Source: a virus
Length of the DNA stretch: 64,000 nucleotides
IMG/VR virus record: IMGVR_UViG_3300045988_113151
Reading direction: 5' to 3' (one strand)
How positions within the stretch are numbered: position 1 is the stretch's first letter; the number at the start of each line of letters is the position of its first letter. The translations under genes were made by a program, and so were the position numbers. The notes beneath the pieces were generated by a model. That model was not told the origin of the DNA. It was given only the letters and a program-made list of their open reading frames with translations, and did not search any database. Positions 55,475 through 63,988 of this stretch are shown here, one piece after another.

Positions 55475-55612
55475 TTAATAGTATATCTCACTAAGTTCAT
55501 TACTGAGTTCTTTATTTTCCTCTGTAAGATATTCAATTTCTACTTGAGATTCTAATATAATTTCTATTAGTTCTTCTTTTGTTTCTGTTTCTAATTCTTC
55601 TTGTGTCCACAT
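55475..55612 (-). CDS. small acidic ORF (45 aa)
   Basis: MWTQEELETETKEELIEIILESQVEIEYLTEENKELSNELSEIYY, read by hand. Under the 60-aa track cutoff. Confidence 0.3.
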   Translation of the reverse strand: MWTQEELETETKEELIEIILESQVEIEYLTEENKELSNELSEIYY

Positions 55613-55876
55613 AGACTTTTAAATTTAAGAGAGTTATCTGTCTATTCGTACGTCTTATTCAACAGAAGCCCTTTTCCTTCTCCTGACCTATTACTAGGTT
55701 GACCGTTGTATAGTCCGTAGTACTCTATCTGTTAAGATTCCTTTAGGGGTTTGGCTTTATAACTCTCTAGGCTTAACTTCACCATAACTTAATAATTAAG
55801 TTAAAAACAAATTATCTGGCATGATAATATTAGTTGTTATAATAAATATTACTTTATTACTACACGCATGGAGATT

Positions 55877-55999
55877 TTACCTTCCACGTTTATAAGGCTC
55901 TAATTTCTTATGCCTTATTTTCTTTTTAGATTGATACTCGTAAGCTTTTTCAGATTGCTTAGATCCTGGAAAATGAGATTCCTTGTAAGTCTTTCCCAT
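55877..55999 (-). CDS. small basic ORF (40 aa)
   Basis: MGKTYKESHFPGSKQSEKAYEYQSKKKIRHKKLEPYKRGR. The ATG lies 1 nt after the upstream TAA. Confidence 0.3.
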   Translation of the reverse strand: MGKTYKESHFPGSKQSEKAYEYQSKKKIRHKKLEPYKRGR

Positions 56000-56000
56000 A

Positions 56001-56381
56001 TTACATATCCATTATATAATACATTTTAGCTGCTAACTCTGGTATATAACTAGCTTTGATATTAGTTAGATAACTAAGATCAGATGTACTAGGTGTCATT
56101 AATATACGCAAAGCTTCTTTGTTATTAGTACTAATAATAGATGCTTTCAAATAGTCTTTAAACTTACTAGAACTTGGATGATATCCGGATTTAGCTTCAA
56201 ATTGTTTAACAAGTTTAACAAATTCAGAATCTTTAGCATTTAATCTTTCTTGAGATGCATCTTCCTCTGACAATAATACAGGTTTAGTATTAAAACCAAT
56301 TTGTTCAGAGAATTTAACCATAGCATTTTTAATACTTGATTCACTTACCTCATTAGGTATGCATATTACGACTACTTTCAT
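56001..56381 (-). CDS. hypothetical protein (126 aa)
   Basis: Standard-code ORF. Confidence 0.5.
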   Translation of the reverse strand: MKVVVICIPNEVSESSIKNAMVKFSEQIGFNTKPVLLSEEDASQERLNAKDSEFVKLVKQFEAKSGYHPSSSKFKDYLKASIISTNNKEALRILMTPSTSDLSYLTNIKASYIPELAAKMYYIMDM

Positions 56382-56391
56382 AATTTTGATA

Positions 56392-56652
56392 TTATTTAAT
56401 TTCAGTTAGTTTACTTTTTTTATTTGTATTACGACTGTTAACATCAGCGTATTTATCTCTATTGTGTATTTTACCACAACGAATACAGAAGACTCTATCT
56501 TCTCCATTTTCTGATGGAGAGATTCTAGTACCCCAGATATGACCATATTTAATACAGTCAATTCTTCTTAATTTCTCTATTTCTTCTAGAGTTGTTCTTT
56601 TGCTACACACGTTAGCTAATTTCATAAAGAACTTTGTTAAATATTTTCTCAT
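56392..56652 (-). CDS. hypothetical zinc-ribbon-like protein (86 aa)
   Basis: CIKYGH...CIRCGK. Confidence 0.5.
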   Translation of the reverse strand: MRKYLTKFFMKLANVCSKRTTLEEIEKLRRIDCIKYGHIWGTRISPSENGEDRVFCIRCGKIHNRDKYADVNSRNTNKKSKLTEIK

Positions 56653-57077
56653 TTACATATAAATTAATAGTTTAAAAGTTAATATTAATGATGGCGTCTC
56701 ATAGTTGCAGCTATGAGATTGTAATCAGTTTAATTGAAAAAGATTTAAAGTTGATACAGTATACTGCAATATACTTACCAGTTCTCCAATAGGATAGCTT
56801 TTGTTAATAGAGCGAACTATTTTACATTTTTGACTCTCACATATTTAAACACATGCAGAAAAGCTGTCAAACCAATCTTACTGTGTACATGATTTTAACG
56901 CCCGCACGATCATAAATACATTTAATCAATAGGTTATTTATAATTTGCATACGTATGTCTCACTAATTTTAATCAACTATCATAGTATTTACTTACGCCC
57001 CACATGTTTGTCATCTTCTGAAGGAGCTATATTCCTGTTTCTCAACTGTAATATAGCAAAGACAATTTTAAAATAAA
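56653..57077 (-). other. ORF-free element A, paralogous to 58723-59047
   Basis: Shares gccccacatgtttgtc (56997-57012) and tacatgattttaa (56886-56898) with element B. Hairpin TCTCATAG/CTATGAGA at 56697-56718. Confidence 0.5.
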
Positions 57078-57503
57078 CTAAAATGAAGATTTTAAAGAGT
57101 CGTTCTTTGGTTCAGGTATACTTGGTTTAGGCATACTGTCTGGTAAATATTGTTTTTGCACATCCATAGCATGTTTAATAATCTTATCATAGAACTCTTT
57201 ATTTGTAATATAAGTATTTACAATATCTTGAATAGATATTTGTGTTCCTTTTGTTACAAGTATTTGAGTAACTATTTGAGTAGGCATATCTAAGTATACA
57301 CTATCACAATAGCGATAAAATCTCATTTCTTCTCTTTCTTGCAATACTTCCTTTACAGAAGGAATGTATTCTTGTTCAATAGAATCCGTATCAGGGATAT
57401 CATTGATTGCTTGTGGTTTTTTCACACAGCTTGTTAGTATAGTTATTAACATAACTATTGCTAAAATAGCAAATAATTTTAAAGATTTAAATTTTTCTTT
57501 CAT
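57078..57503 (-). CDS. lipoprotein (141 aa)
   Basis: Signal peptide with lipobox (LITILTSC). TAG stop. Confidence 0.65.
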   Translation of the reverse strand: MKEKFKSLKLFAILAIVMLITILTSCVKKPQAINDIPDTDSIEQEYIPSVKEVLQEREEMRFYRYCDSVYLDMPTQIVTQILVTKGTQISIQDIVNTYITNKEFYDKIIKHAMDVQKQYLPDSMPKPSIPEPKNDSLKSSF

Positions 57504-57527
57504 TTTTGATAATGTTTTTAATTAATT

Positions 57528-57719
57528 TTACTGTAACATTGAATAGATTTCAGCAGCACTTTCTTTAACTTCTGCTATAACTACTTCTTCTTCGCCTAAA
57601 TTAGTATAAATATAAGTACAGTCTTCTCCATCACAAATAGATGAAATTATTTCTGTATTTATTACTGTATTACCTAGCGTTTCTGGATCAGCGTTAGTTA
57701 ATAATATAAATTTCTTCAT
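57528..57719 (-). CDS. hypothetical protein (63 aa)
   Basis: Standard-code ORF. Confidence 0.45.
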   Translation of the reverse strand: MKKFILLTNADPETLGNTVINTEIISSICDGEDCTYIYTNLGEEEVVIAEVKESAAEIYSMLQ

Positions 57720-57836
57720 TGTGGTATAATATTATAAATTATTACTAATAGTGATACTAATATATATAAACTAATCATAATAGTTTTATGATTGTCTATA
57801 AATTGTAACATTTTATCTAATAAGATGTCACAAATA

Positions 57837-58112
57837 TCAGGGTTTGAATCTGTCTTCATACTTCTCACTGTTTTTATTATCTAAATTGTGATTAGCAGAA
57901 GCTCCTAGTTCGTATATAAATCTAATTACGCAGAATATGCATAACGTGATTATAATAACACACCACCATTTGTAATAGTCATATAGACTACCATGCTTTA
58001 GCTCAAAGGCTAAACTTTCATCTAAAACTGCATCAATATTAGCTTTTAACCATAGTGTTACTATAGTAAGAGCTACTATAAATCCAGCTAAAAAATTGAT
58101 TAAACTTTTCAT
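57837..58112 (-). CDS. hypothetical membrane protein (91 aa)
   Basis: Two hydrophobic segments. Confidence 0.5.
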   Translation of the reverse strand: MKSLINFLAGFIVALTIVTLWLKANIDAVLDESLAFELKHGSLYDYYKWWCVIIITLCIFCVIRFIYELGASANHNLDNKNSEKYEDRFKP

Positions 58113-58333
58113 TCTTTAATTTGATTTAATAGTTGATTACTAGAATTCTTCCAATTAGAAAGTAATTCATTAAATTTATCTCTTAATTCTAACAATTGTT
58201 CTTTCTCTTCATCTGTTATACATTTATAATCAGATTCAAGAGTAATAAGTAAAGAAGATAGATTACATTTTAGACCAAATAATCTAAAATAAGTAAAATT
58301 CCTATACCTATTTAGCTTTGATTTCTTGTTCAT
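58109..58333 (-). CDS. hypothetical protein (74 aa)
   Basis: Standard-code ORF, overlaps both neighbours. Confidence 0.45.
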   Translation of the reverse strand: MNKKSKLNRYRNFTYFRLFGLKCNLSSLLITLESDYKCITDEEKEQLLELRDKFNELLSNWKNSSNQLLNQIKE

Positions 58334-58640
58334 ACTTTGCTATTTTATTATAAATTATATTCCAATAGTGAATACCTTTTATTGAATCTTTCCAAGAAAA
58401 AGTAGTTATTATATAAAATATTACATAATTACTTCTTTTTTTATATAGGTTGAGACCTCTATAATTATAATTACGAAAACTCATATTATAATGTATTACT
58501 TCGGAAACAAATTCACTCAAACAATTAAAATGAATTAAAGCGTGTAACAAGTTATATGACATGTTTGTCATAATGTGATGTCTCATATCCTGCTTAATTC
58601 GTTTTAAATCTTTGTCTGTATAATCTACAATATTTTCCAT
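58308..58640 (-). CDS. hypothetical protein (110 aa)
   Basis: Contains TFSWKDSIKGIHYWNII, related to 53771-54052. TAG stop. Confidence 0.5.
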   Translation of the reverse strand: MENIVDYTDKDLKRIKQDMRHHIMTNMSYNLLHALIHFNCLSEFVSEVIHYNMSFRNYNYRGLNLYKKRSNYVIFYIITTFSWKDSIKGIHYWNIIYNKIAKYEQEIKAK

Positions 58641-58722
58641 AATTACTTTTTAATAAGGAATACTAAGTTTTGATTTGTACAAATAGCAAGATGTGAATAC
58701 TTTCTAATAAATTTCTTTTTCA

Positions 58723-59047
58723 TATTGATTATGTTTTAATGGTTAGTAAATTCTAATAAAATGAAGATTGCTACTTTCACAAGCAACAACCTTCTATAAA
58801 CCAAATTTTAATAAAGAGAATGGCAAATGTAACTAACATCTGAGGACTAGGATACGCTAATCCCTATAAATGATGCAATTAAAAATAGCGAAGAGTTACT
58901 AACGTAGTACAATATAGTTTGCATCATACATGATTTTAAAGTCTGCACTAATGCTAGTTCAAGTGAGCTGTATAAATCAATATACATTTCAGACTAGACA
59001 TAAGCCCCACATGTTTGTCAAGGATTCTCACCTTAATAACTTATAGT
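58723..59047 (-). other. ORF-free element B, paralogous to 56653-57077
   Basis: gccccacatgtttgtc at 59004-59019 and tacatgattttaa at 58927-58939. Confidence 0.5.
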
Positions 59048-59170
59048 TTAATTACCATTAATAATGTAGAAGATATAACCTACAGCAAATAATGCTATAA
59101 GAACATAAATAATTGCAACTCCTACAAATGCAATTATTCTTTCAAATAAATCGTCATCGTCTTTTTTCAT
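59048..59170 (-). CDS. small membrane protein (40 aa)
   Basis: MKKDDDDLFERIIAFVGVAIIYVLIALFAVGYIFYIINGN, read by hand. Confidence 0.35.
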   Translation of the reverse strand: MKKDDDDLFERIIAFVGVAIIYVLIALFAVGYIFYIINGN

Positions 59171-60117
59171 AATTTAATAATTTTATAAATTTGCATTTTA
59201 CACCTAAAACTTATAAGGGTAATAGGACTCGAAATTAATCTATCCTAAAACTTTATTTATTACCTACTAAAAGAAGTAGAACTTATAAGAAACTGGTGTC
59301 CTCAATGTCTTGGAAGGTTATTGAGTTTTTTAAATATCTGTCTTTCCAGATCGCCAATATTAGTTTATACTCCTAATATTAGAGTTTACTATCTTTAATA
59401 CCTAGAATAAGATAGCAGATTGTTTAAAAGAATAGTATAATCTTCCAAAACTATACTATTCTTTTGTATTATCAACACTCACTATTACACACAGTAGCTA
59501 ATTGTGTTTATTTAGTGACTAGATTCATAGTGGAAATGATTCCTTATGAGAATCCTACTTACTAGCTAGACTCTTGCGCTCGATATTGACGTTGTGGCAA
59601 TCAACAACAATATTTTTCACAATCGAGGGTCTTATTTCTCGGCAACTCCTACTTAATTTAAATTTGAATATATTTATATATCCCAAGTAATCAACAGATA
59701 TTTGGAGCACTATTTTACATCATTGTTTTCACGCTGATTGCTCGTTTTTGATCTTTTAATCAATATATACTTGATCAGTATGTATATATCTATGCTTCTT
59801 ACTTTCTGAGCGAGTTTGCGATTCTCAGATTTCATATTTTCTATTACCACGCATTGGCTAATTAGAAGAGCCTTAATTAAATTAAAATAACATAACTTGC
59901 ACAGTTTGTTTAGTTATGACTAACCAGCCTGTGACTAACTTCTGGTTAGTCTTAATTTAATTACTAGTCTTTACAGCGCTAGCTCTCTGTTTAGTTATTA
60001 TAAAGATAATTAAATTAGAAAAAATTGCTATAATGATGACTCAATTGTAGTGATATGCAGAAGCGATGGACACTTTCATGTCCACGCTCTGATTGACGAA
60101 TAAGCTATATATTAGTA
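59171..60117 (-). other. 0.95-kb ORF-free region (element Y), shorter paralogue of element X
   Basis: Three motifs occur colinear with X: agggtcttatttctc 59626-59640, gcgagtttgcga 59810-59821, ccacgctct 60082-60090. 10-bp hairpin at 59431-59462. Confidence 0.5.
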
Positions 60118-60798
60118 TCATTCATCATAGTCATCATCTGCATTAATGTTGGATTTCGTGGGTGGAGTGACAGTACCACCCTTACTCTCATCTCCCTTGT
60201 CAACTTTTTTCAATACCCAATAAATCCCACGGTTTAGATTGCTGTCTGTATTCCTCTTGATTACTTCCTCAACTGTGCCACCATTTAATTCGGTGTCCCA
60301 TTCGTTAGTATCGTCGAATCCTACGACTTCATCATTCTCCCCAATTATAGGTACAACCTTAGAATACCCAACAGCGTTAAGTGTACGTAATTCTGTTTGA
60401 CTGCCATTTTTGTCGTAGTAGTAAAAACTTTCAATGTCATATAATTCACTGACTTTCATAGTTTTGTACACTAGAGGTAAAGAAAATTGACAATCTTCTA
60501 ACTTAACTACTTCACCCTTCTTAGTTGTAAACTGTTTTTCATCCGATTCCATGCACTTAATAAACCTATCTAGTAGCTTCTTGTATGCCTTAGCAGTTTC
60601 GTCCTCTGTTGGAAACAGGCATTTAACTAAGTTTACGTCTCGAATTGCCGCAGCTTGAGGGTTAAGTACACGCACACCATTAATCATAATGAACGGCTCG
60701 CAATTTTTGTCTCCCGTAGTGTAAGAGAATGTACATACGTAGTACTCATTTCCATTTTCTCTTACACGTTTTTCTGCTTGAATTAATTTACTTAACAT
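60118..60798 (-). CDS. hypothetical protein with acidic C-terminal tail (226 aa)
   Basis: First gene of the minus block. Ends ...NADDDYDE. Visibly more G+C than its neighbours. Confidence 0.55.
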   Translation of the reverse strand: MLSKLIQAEKRVRENGNEYYVCTFSYTTGDKNCEPFIMINGVRVLNPQAAAIRDVNLVKCLFPTEDETAKAYKKLLDRFIKCMESDEKQFTTKKGEVVKLEDCQFSLPLVYKTMKVSELYDIESFYYYDKNGSQTELRTLNAVGYSKVVPIIGENDEVVGFDDTNEWDTELNGGTVEEVIKRNTDSNLNRGIYWVLKKVDKGDESKGGTVTPPTKSNINADDDYDE

Positions 60799-60845
60799 AA
60801 TTGTAATTTTTTTGATAAAACCTAATACTTAAAATACTTGATTGA

Positions 60846-60890
60846 GGAAGAAACACGCCGTTGAGTGAACCCCGCGGGGGTGTTCCTTCC
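60846..60890 (-). promoter_or_regulatory. GC-rich stem-loop/palindrome in the leader of 60118-60798
   Basis: ggaagaaacac (60846-60856) pairs with gtgttccttcc (60880-60890) at 10 of 11 positions. The loop contains CCCCGCGGGGG, the only GC-rich tract in the region. Confidence 0.4.
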
Positions 60891-61063
60891 GAAACAAGGT
60901 AGAGGGGTATGATCTTTTGCTGGTCCACACACTCACAATTATTCGCAAAATTTTTTTTAATATATATAATTTTTGTTAAATTTTGGCTATTAAACATACA
61001 TAAACTTTTATAAAAAACGTTAACAATTTATCACAATAAGCAACAAATGTAGCATATAATACG

Positions 61064-61102
61064 TTACTGTATTAGTACAGTCTAACACAGTAAATACAGT
61101 AA
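61064..61102. repeat. inverted plus direct TACAGTA repeats (operator-like)
   Basis: ttactgtatt (61064-61073) / aatacagtaa (61093-61102), with further tacagt/acagta copies in between. Confidence 0.45.
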
Positions 61103-61153
61103 GTAGTATAAATAAGTAAATGTAGCCACTACTTACTTAATATTATAAGTAAC

Positions 61154-61264
61154 ATGTATACTAGTAAAGAAGTAACTTTTATAGCTAACCAAGTAATTAA
61201 ACTAAGTACTCTTACTTAGATAACACTAATGAAATCATATGAATTTATAATATCAGAAGCATGA
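61154..61264 (+). CDS. small ORF (36 aa) with one in-frame TAG
   Basis: MYTSKEVTFIANQVIKLSTLT[TAG]ITLMKSYEFIISEA. ATGA overlap with the next ORF. Confidence 0.3.
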
Positions 61265-61449
61265 ATTACTATTATATTAGAAAGAAAGACTAGCAATATT
61301 CTAACTGCATTTACTTAGCTAATATAAGTAAGAAAGCTAGATATAATGACGATTATAGAACTTTTACTATACCAGGTAAAATAGAGTACACATTTACTGA
61401 ATAGTTATACAAAGAATTCAAAGAAGACATTTTAAAGAAACATTCCTGA
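61261..61449 (+). CDS. small ORF (62 aa) with two in-frame TAGs
   Basis: MNYYYIRKKD[TAG]QYSNCIYLANISKKARYNDDYRTFTIPGKIEYTFTE[TAG]LYKEFKEDILKKHS, TGA at 61447-61449. Confidence 0.35.
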
Positions 61450-61582
61450 AGTACAAAGGATCGTAGCCACCTAAGCATACCATTAGAACTGCTCAACGTA
61501 GGTCTGAATCGTAAAAGTCAGTAGAGTTATTCCCTATCTTTGGGTATATTAAAATAGGGACCCCATTAAAATATTAGTTAGT

Positions 61583-61786
61583 ATGGCACAAGATAATAAC
61601 AAAAAAAACTACCCAGAATATCATTTTCAAAAGAAAGTATATTTAGCAGTACCAGAAATCAGTGAAGGAGCGTGCGTTGGCTGCGCTTTCTACAATAAAC
61701 TTGATTGTTCAAAGTACCCAGAACGTATAGCATTGTGTAGACAAGGTAATATTTTCAAAAGAAAGTTGCAACATATAGACGATTAA
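61583..61786 (+). CDS. hypothetical Cys-containing protein (67 aa)
   Basis: Standard-code ORF. Confidence 0.5.
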   Translation: MAQDNNKKNYPEYHFQKKVYLAVPEISEGACVGCAFYNKLDCSKYPERIALCRQGNIFKRKLQHIDD

Positions 61787-61811
61787 TACGTTTAACAAAG
61801 AAAAATTATTT

Positions 61812-62192
61812 ATGGAAGACAAAGTACTTAAGACAGTAGTAGATAGTATTAAATACTCATTTAAAAAAGATATACTAGTAAAACCATTGCCAACTACGAA
61901 GGTTACTGTAGAATATACAGAACAAATACCTACTGGTGAAAAGGACGAGGAAGGTTTCAATAAATATGAAACTAAGAGTCACACCAAAGAAGTAGATTCA
62001 GAATTTTCAAGAGGTATTGTTATATCTTTACCTACTAGCAAGGCAATAAATGAAGCTAATGATATGGACATTAATCTTGGCGATACTATAGTTTATGTAT
62101 CTAAATTTGCTAAGAATTTTGATCTATTCAAAGACTCGCAACTGGTTAAACCATACGATGTAATTGCAGTTGAGTCTGCTGAAAAAAAGTAA
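61812..62192 (+). CDS. hypothetical protein, GroES-like co-chaperonin candidate (126 aa)
   Basis: DILVKP...RGIVISLP...LGDTIVYV...PYDVIAVE has the spacing of a GroES/gp31 fold (weak, from memory). Confidence 0.35.
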   Translation: MEDKVLKTVVDSIKYSFKKDILVKPLPTTKVTVEYTEQIPTGEKDEEGFNKYETKSHTKEVDSEFSRGIVISLPTSKAINEANDMDINLGDTIVYVSKFAKNFDLFKDSQLVKPYDVIAVESAEKK

Positions 62193-62270
62193 TTATTTAA
62201 GAGTGCTCGTGCGAGCTTAGTCGTCGCATCTGCACTATAAAAATTTTATTCATATATTTACATTCTAAAT

Positions 62271-62299
62271 ACCCAGGGTTAAAAGCTCTGGGTATTTTT
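62271..62299 (+). terminator. rho-independent terminator
   Basis: ACCCAG-11 nt-CTGGGT followed by ATTTTTAT. Confidence 0.6.
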
Positions 62300-62350
62300 A
62301 TATAGTATACTTACTTAATAAATGTTAAATATTATAACCATTTACTTATA

Positions 62351-62554
62351 ATGCCGTTTTATAGGCATATGGTAACAATGATTATGATATTAATTATAAC
62401 CGTAGTAAGTATTATCTTATGCATGCATTGTAAGAATATAGGCTATAACAAAGGATATTCAGACGGTTATGAAGAATGTAAAAAGAATTTTGAAAAGATA
62501 GAAAGATATAAAAGATCTATGAGTTCAAAATTCTTAGAAAAATTAAAACATTAA
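62351..62554 (+). CDS. small membrane protein (67 aa)
   Basis: TM segment MIMILIITVVSIILCM. Confidence 0.5.
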   Translation: MPFYRHMVTMIMILIITVVSIILCMHCKNIGYNKGYSDGYEECKKNFEKIERYKRSMSSKFLEKLKH

Positions 62555-62558
62555 TGAT

Positions 62559-62966
62559 ATGAAACAGTATAAAGTTATTAAAGAATTTGGTTGTGCCAAA
62601 AAAGGAGATATTTTCTATGAAACATCTGAGGGACATTTTGAAATGGATAACACATCTGAGTGCGTGGATATGTATAGCAATCGTAATATGTGTATCAGCC
62701 CCAATATTATTAACACACTATTGGATGCAAAATTTGTTGAAGAATTTAACTCAGAAACGAAAGAAGAAGAATTCGCAAAAGATAAACTGACTAGTATAAG
62801 TAACTTTATCTATGAAGCTAAAGAACAGTATAAGAAAGACCATGATAGTTTAGTTGATGAATATAATGAAGGCAACTTACCTGCATGTGTAAAAGTAGAA
62901 GCTGATACTGTTTACTTTAATATGAATAAGATACTAACTAAAATTGAGGAACTAATAAATGAATAA
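62559..62966 (+). CDS. hypothetical protein (135 aa)
   Basis: Standard-code ORF. Confidence 0.55.
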   Translation: MKQYKVIKEFGCAKKGDIFYETSEGHFEMDNTSECVDMYSNRNMCISPNIINTLLDAKFVEEFNSETKEEEFAKDKLTSISNFIYEAKEQYKKDHDSLVDEYNEGNLPACVKVEADTVYFNMNKILTKIEELINE

Positions 62967-63333
62967 ACTAGTTAAGGAATGTAAGAAGAAAGATCTATAT
63001 TCTGAATTCTTGAGGTCCTTAAACGGTATTATTCAACTACCAGACAGGGAGTTACAGCTACTTACTACTTTAGTAGACTTATAGATAAATAAGCAAAAAC
63101 TCCCTGGTACTAGTGAGAGTGTAATTAGTACAGAAAATAGAAAGTATATCACTCATACTTTAGGTATTACTCCTGATAATTTGAGTAGATATTTAAGTAA
63201 ATTCAAAGAACAAGGACTCCTAGTAAGAGGAAAAATAGATAATGAGTGGTTAGTAAATAAAATACTTATACCTGAAATAATTAAAGATAGAGTACAAATA
63301 ACTATTATACTTAAAGTAAACAATGAAGAATAA
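62959..63333 (+). CDS. winged-helix/HTH DNA-binding protein (124 aa) with one in-frame TAG
   Basis: ATG 62959. Reads ...LLTTLVDL[TAG 63082-63084]INKQKL...ITHTLGITPDNLSRYLSKFKEQGLLVRG. TAA at 63331-63333. Confidence 0.5.
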
Positions 63334-63667
63334 GAACGTACTATATAAACTATATTCAGATGGTTTAATCATAAAAGTAACATATCATAATTGGTTTAAG
63401 TCTATCATTGATCTTATAAGTAATAGACCTGATTTTGACATTGATTGTTACGTTCCAATCAAACAATATAATAACTCAGAGCAATCAAAACTACACGAAT
63501 TACTTAGAAGAAATACTAATTTAAACTTTGATGATATTACTGTTTTAGTTAATAGTATAAGACCTAACTCTATTATACCAAACTCTAAATTAGATTGTAA
63601 TCCAAACTATGTCAATACAACAAAGAAGGAAGATATCGATCTACTCAGAATTAGCAAACAAATATAA
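63323..63667 (+). CDS. hypothetical protein (114 aa)
   Basis: Standard-code ORF. Confidence 0.5.
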   Translation: MKNKNVLYKLYSDGLIIKVTYHNWFKSIIDLISNRPDFDIDCYVPIKQYNNSEQSKLHELLRRNTNLNFDDITVLVNSIRPNSIIPNSKLDCNPNYVNTTKKEDIDLLRISKQI

Positions 63668-63802
63668 TCTGCCATATCCAGTAATCGAAGTAATATGTAA
63701 CAGCCCGTTTAAATTTGCTAAGTAGATTATAGCTGACGATGCTGATAAAAAAGACATAATGTTTGCTTACTTATTTAAACTAAAACTAAAGAAATTATAC
63801 AA

Positions 63803-63988
63803 ATGCAAAGATACGCAGAAATTATAGAGCAAGGAAGAGGCAGAAGAGGAACAATAACTTACAGATTAAAAATACTTGCTGAAGATGGGGATCATTTCTT
63901 ACTTGAGGATGAAGAAGGACCAGTATGGTTTTTAAAAGAACAAGTAAATAATATAATAATTAAAGACGATGAAACTGATAGAAAGTAA
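63803..63988 (+). CDS. hypothetical protein (61 aa)
   Basis: Standard-code ORF. Confidence 0.45.
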   Translation: MQRYAEIIEQGRGRRGTITYRLKILAEDGDHFLLEDEEGPVWFLKEQVNNIIIKDDETDRK

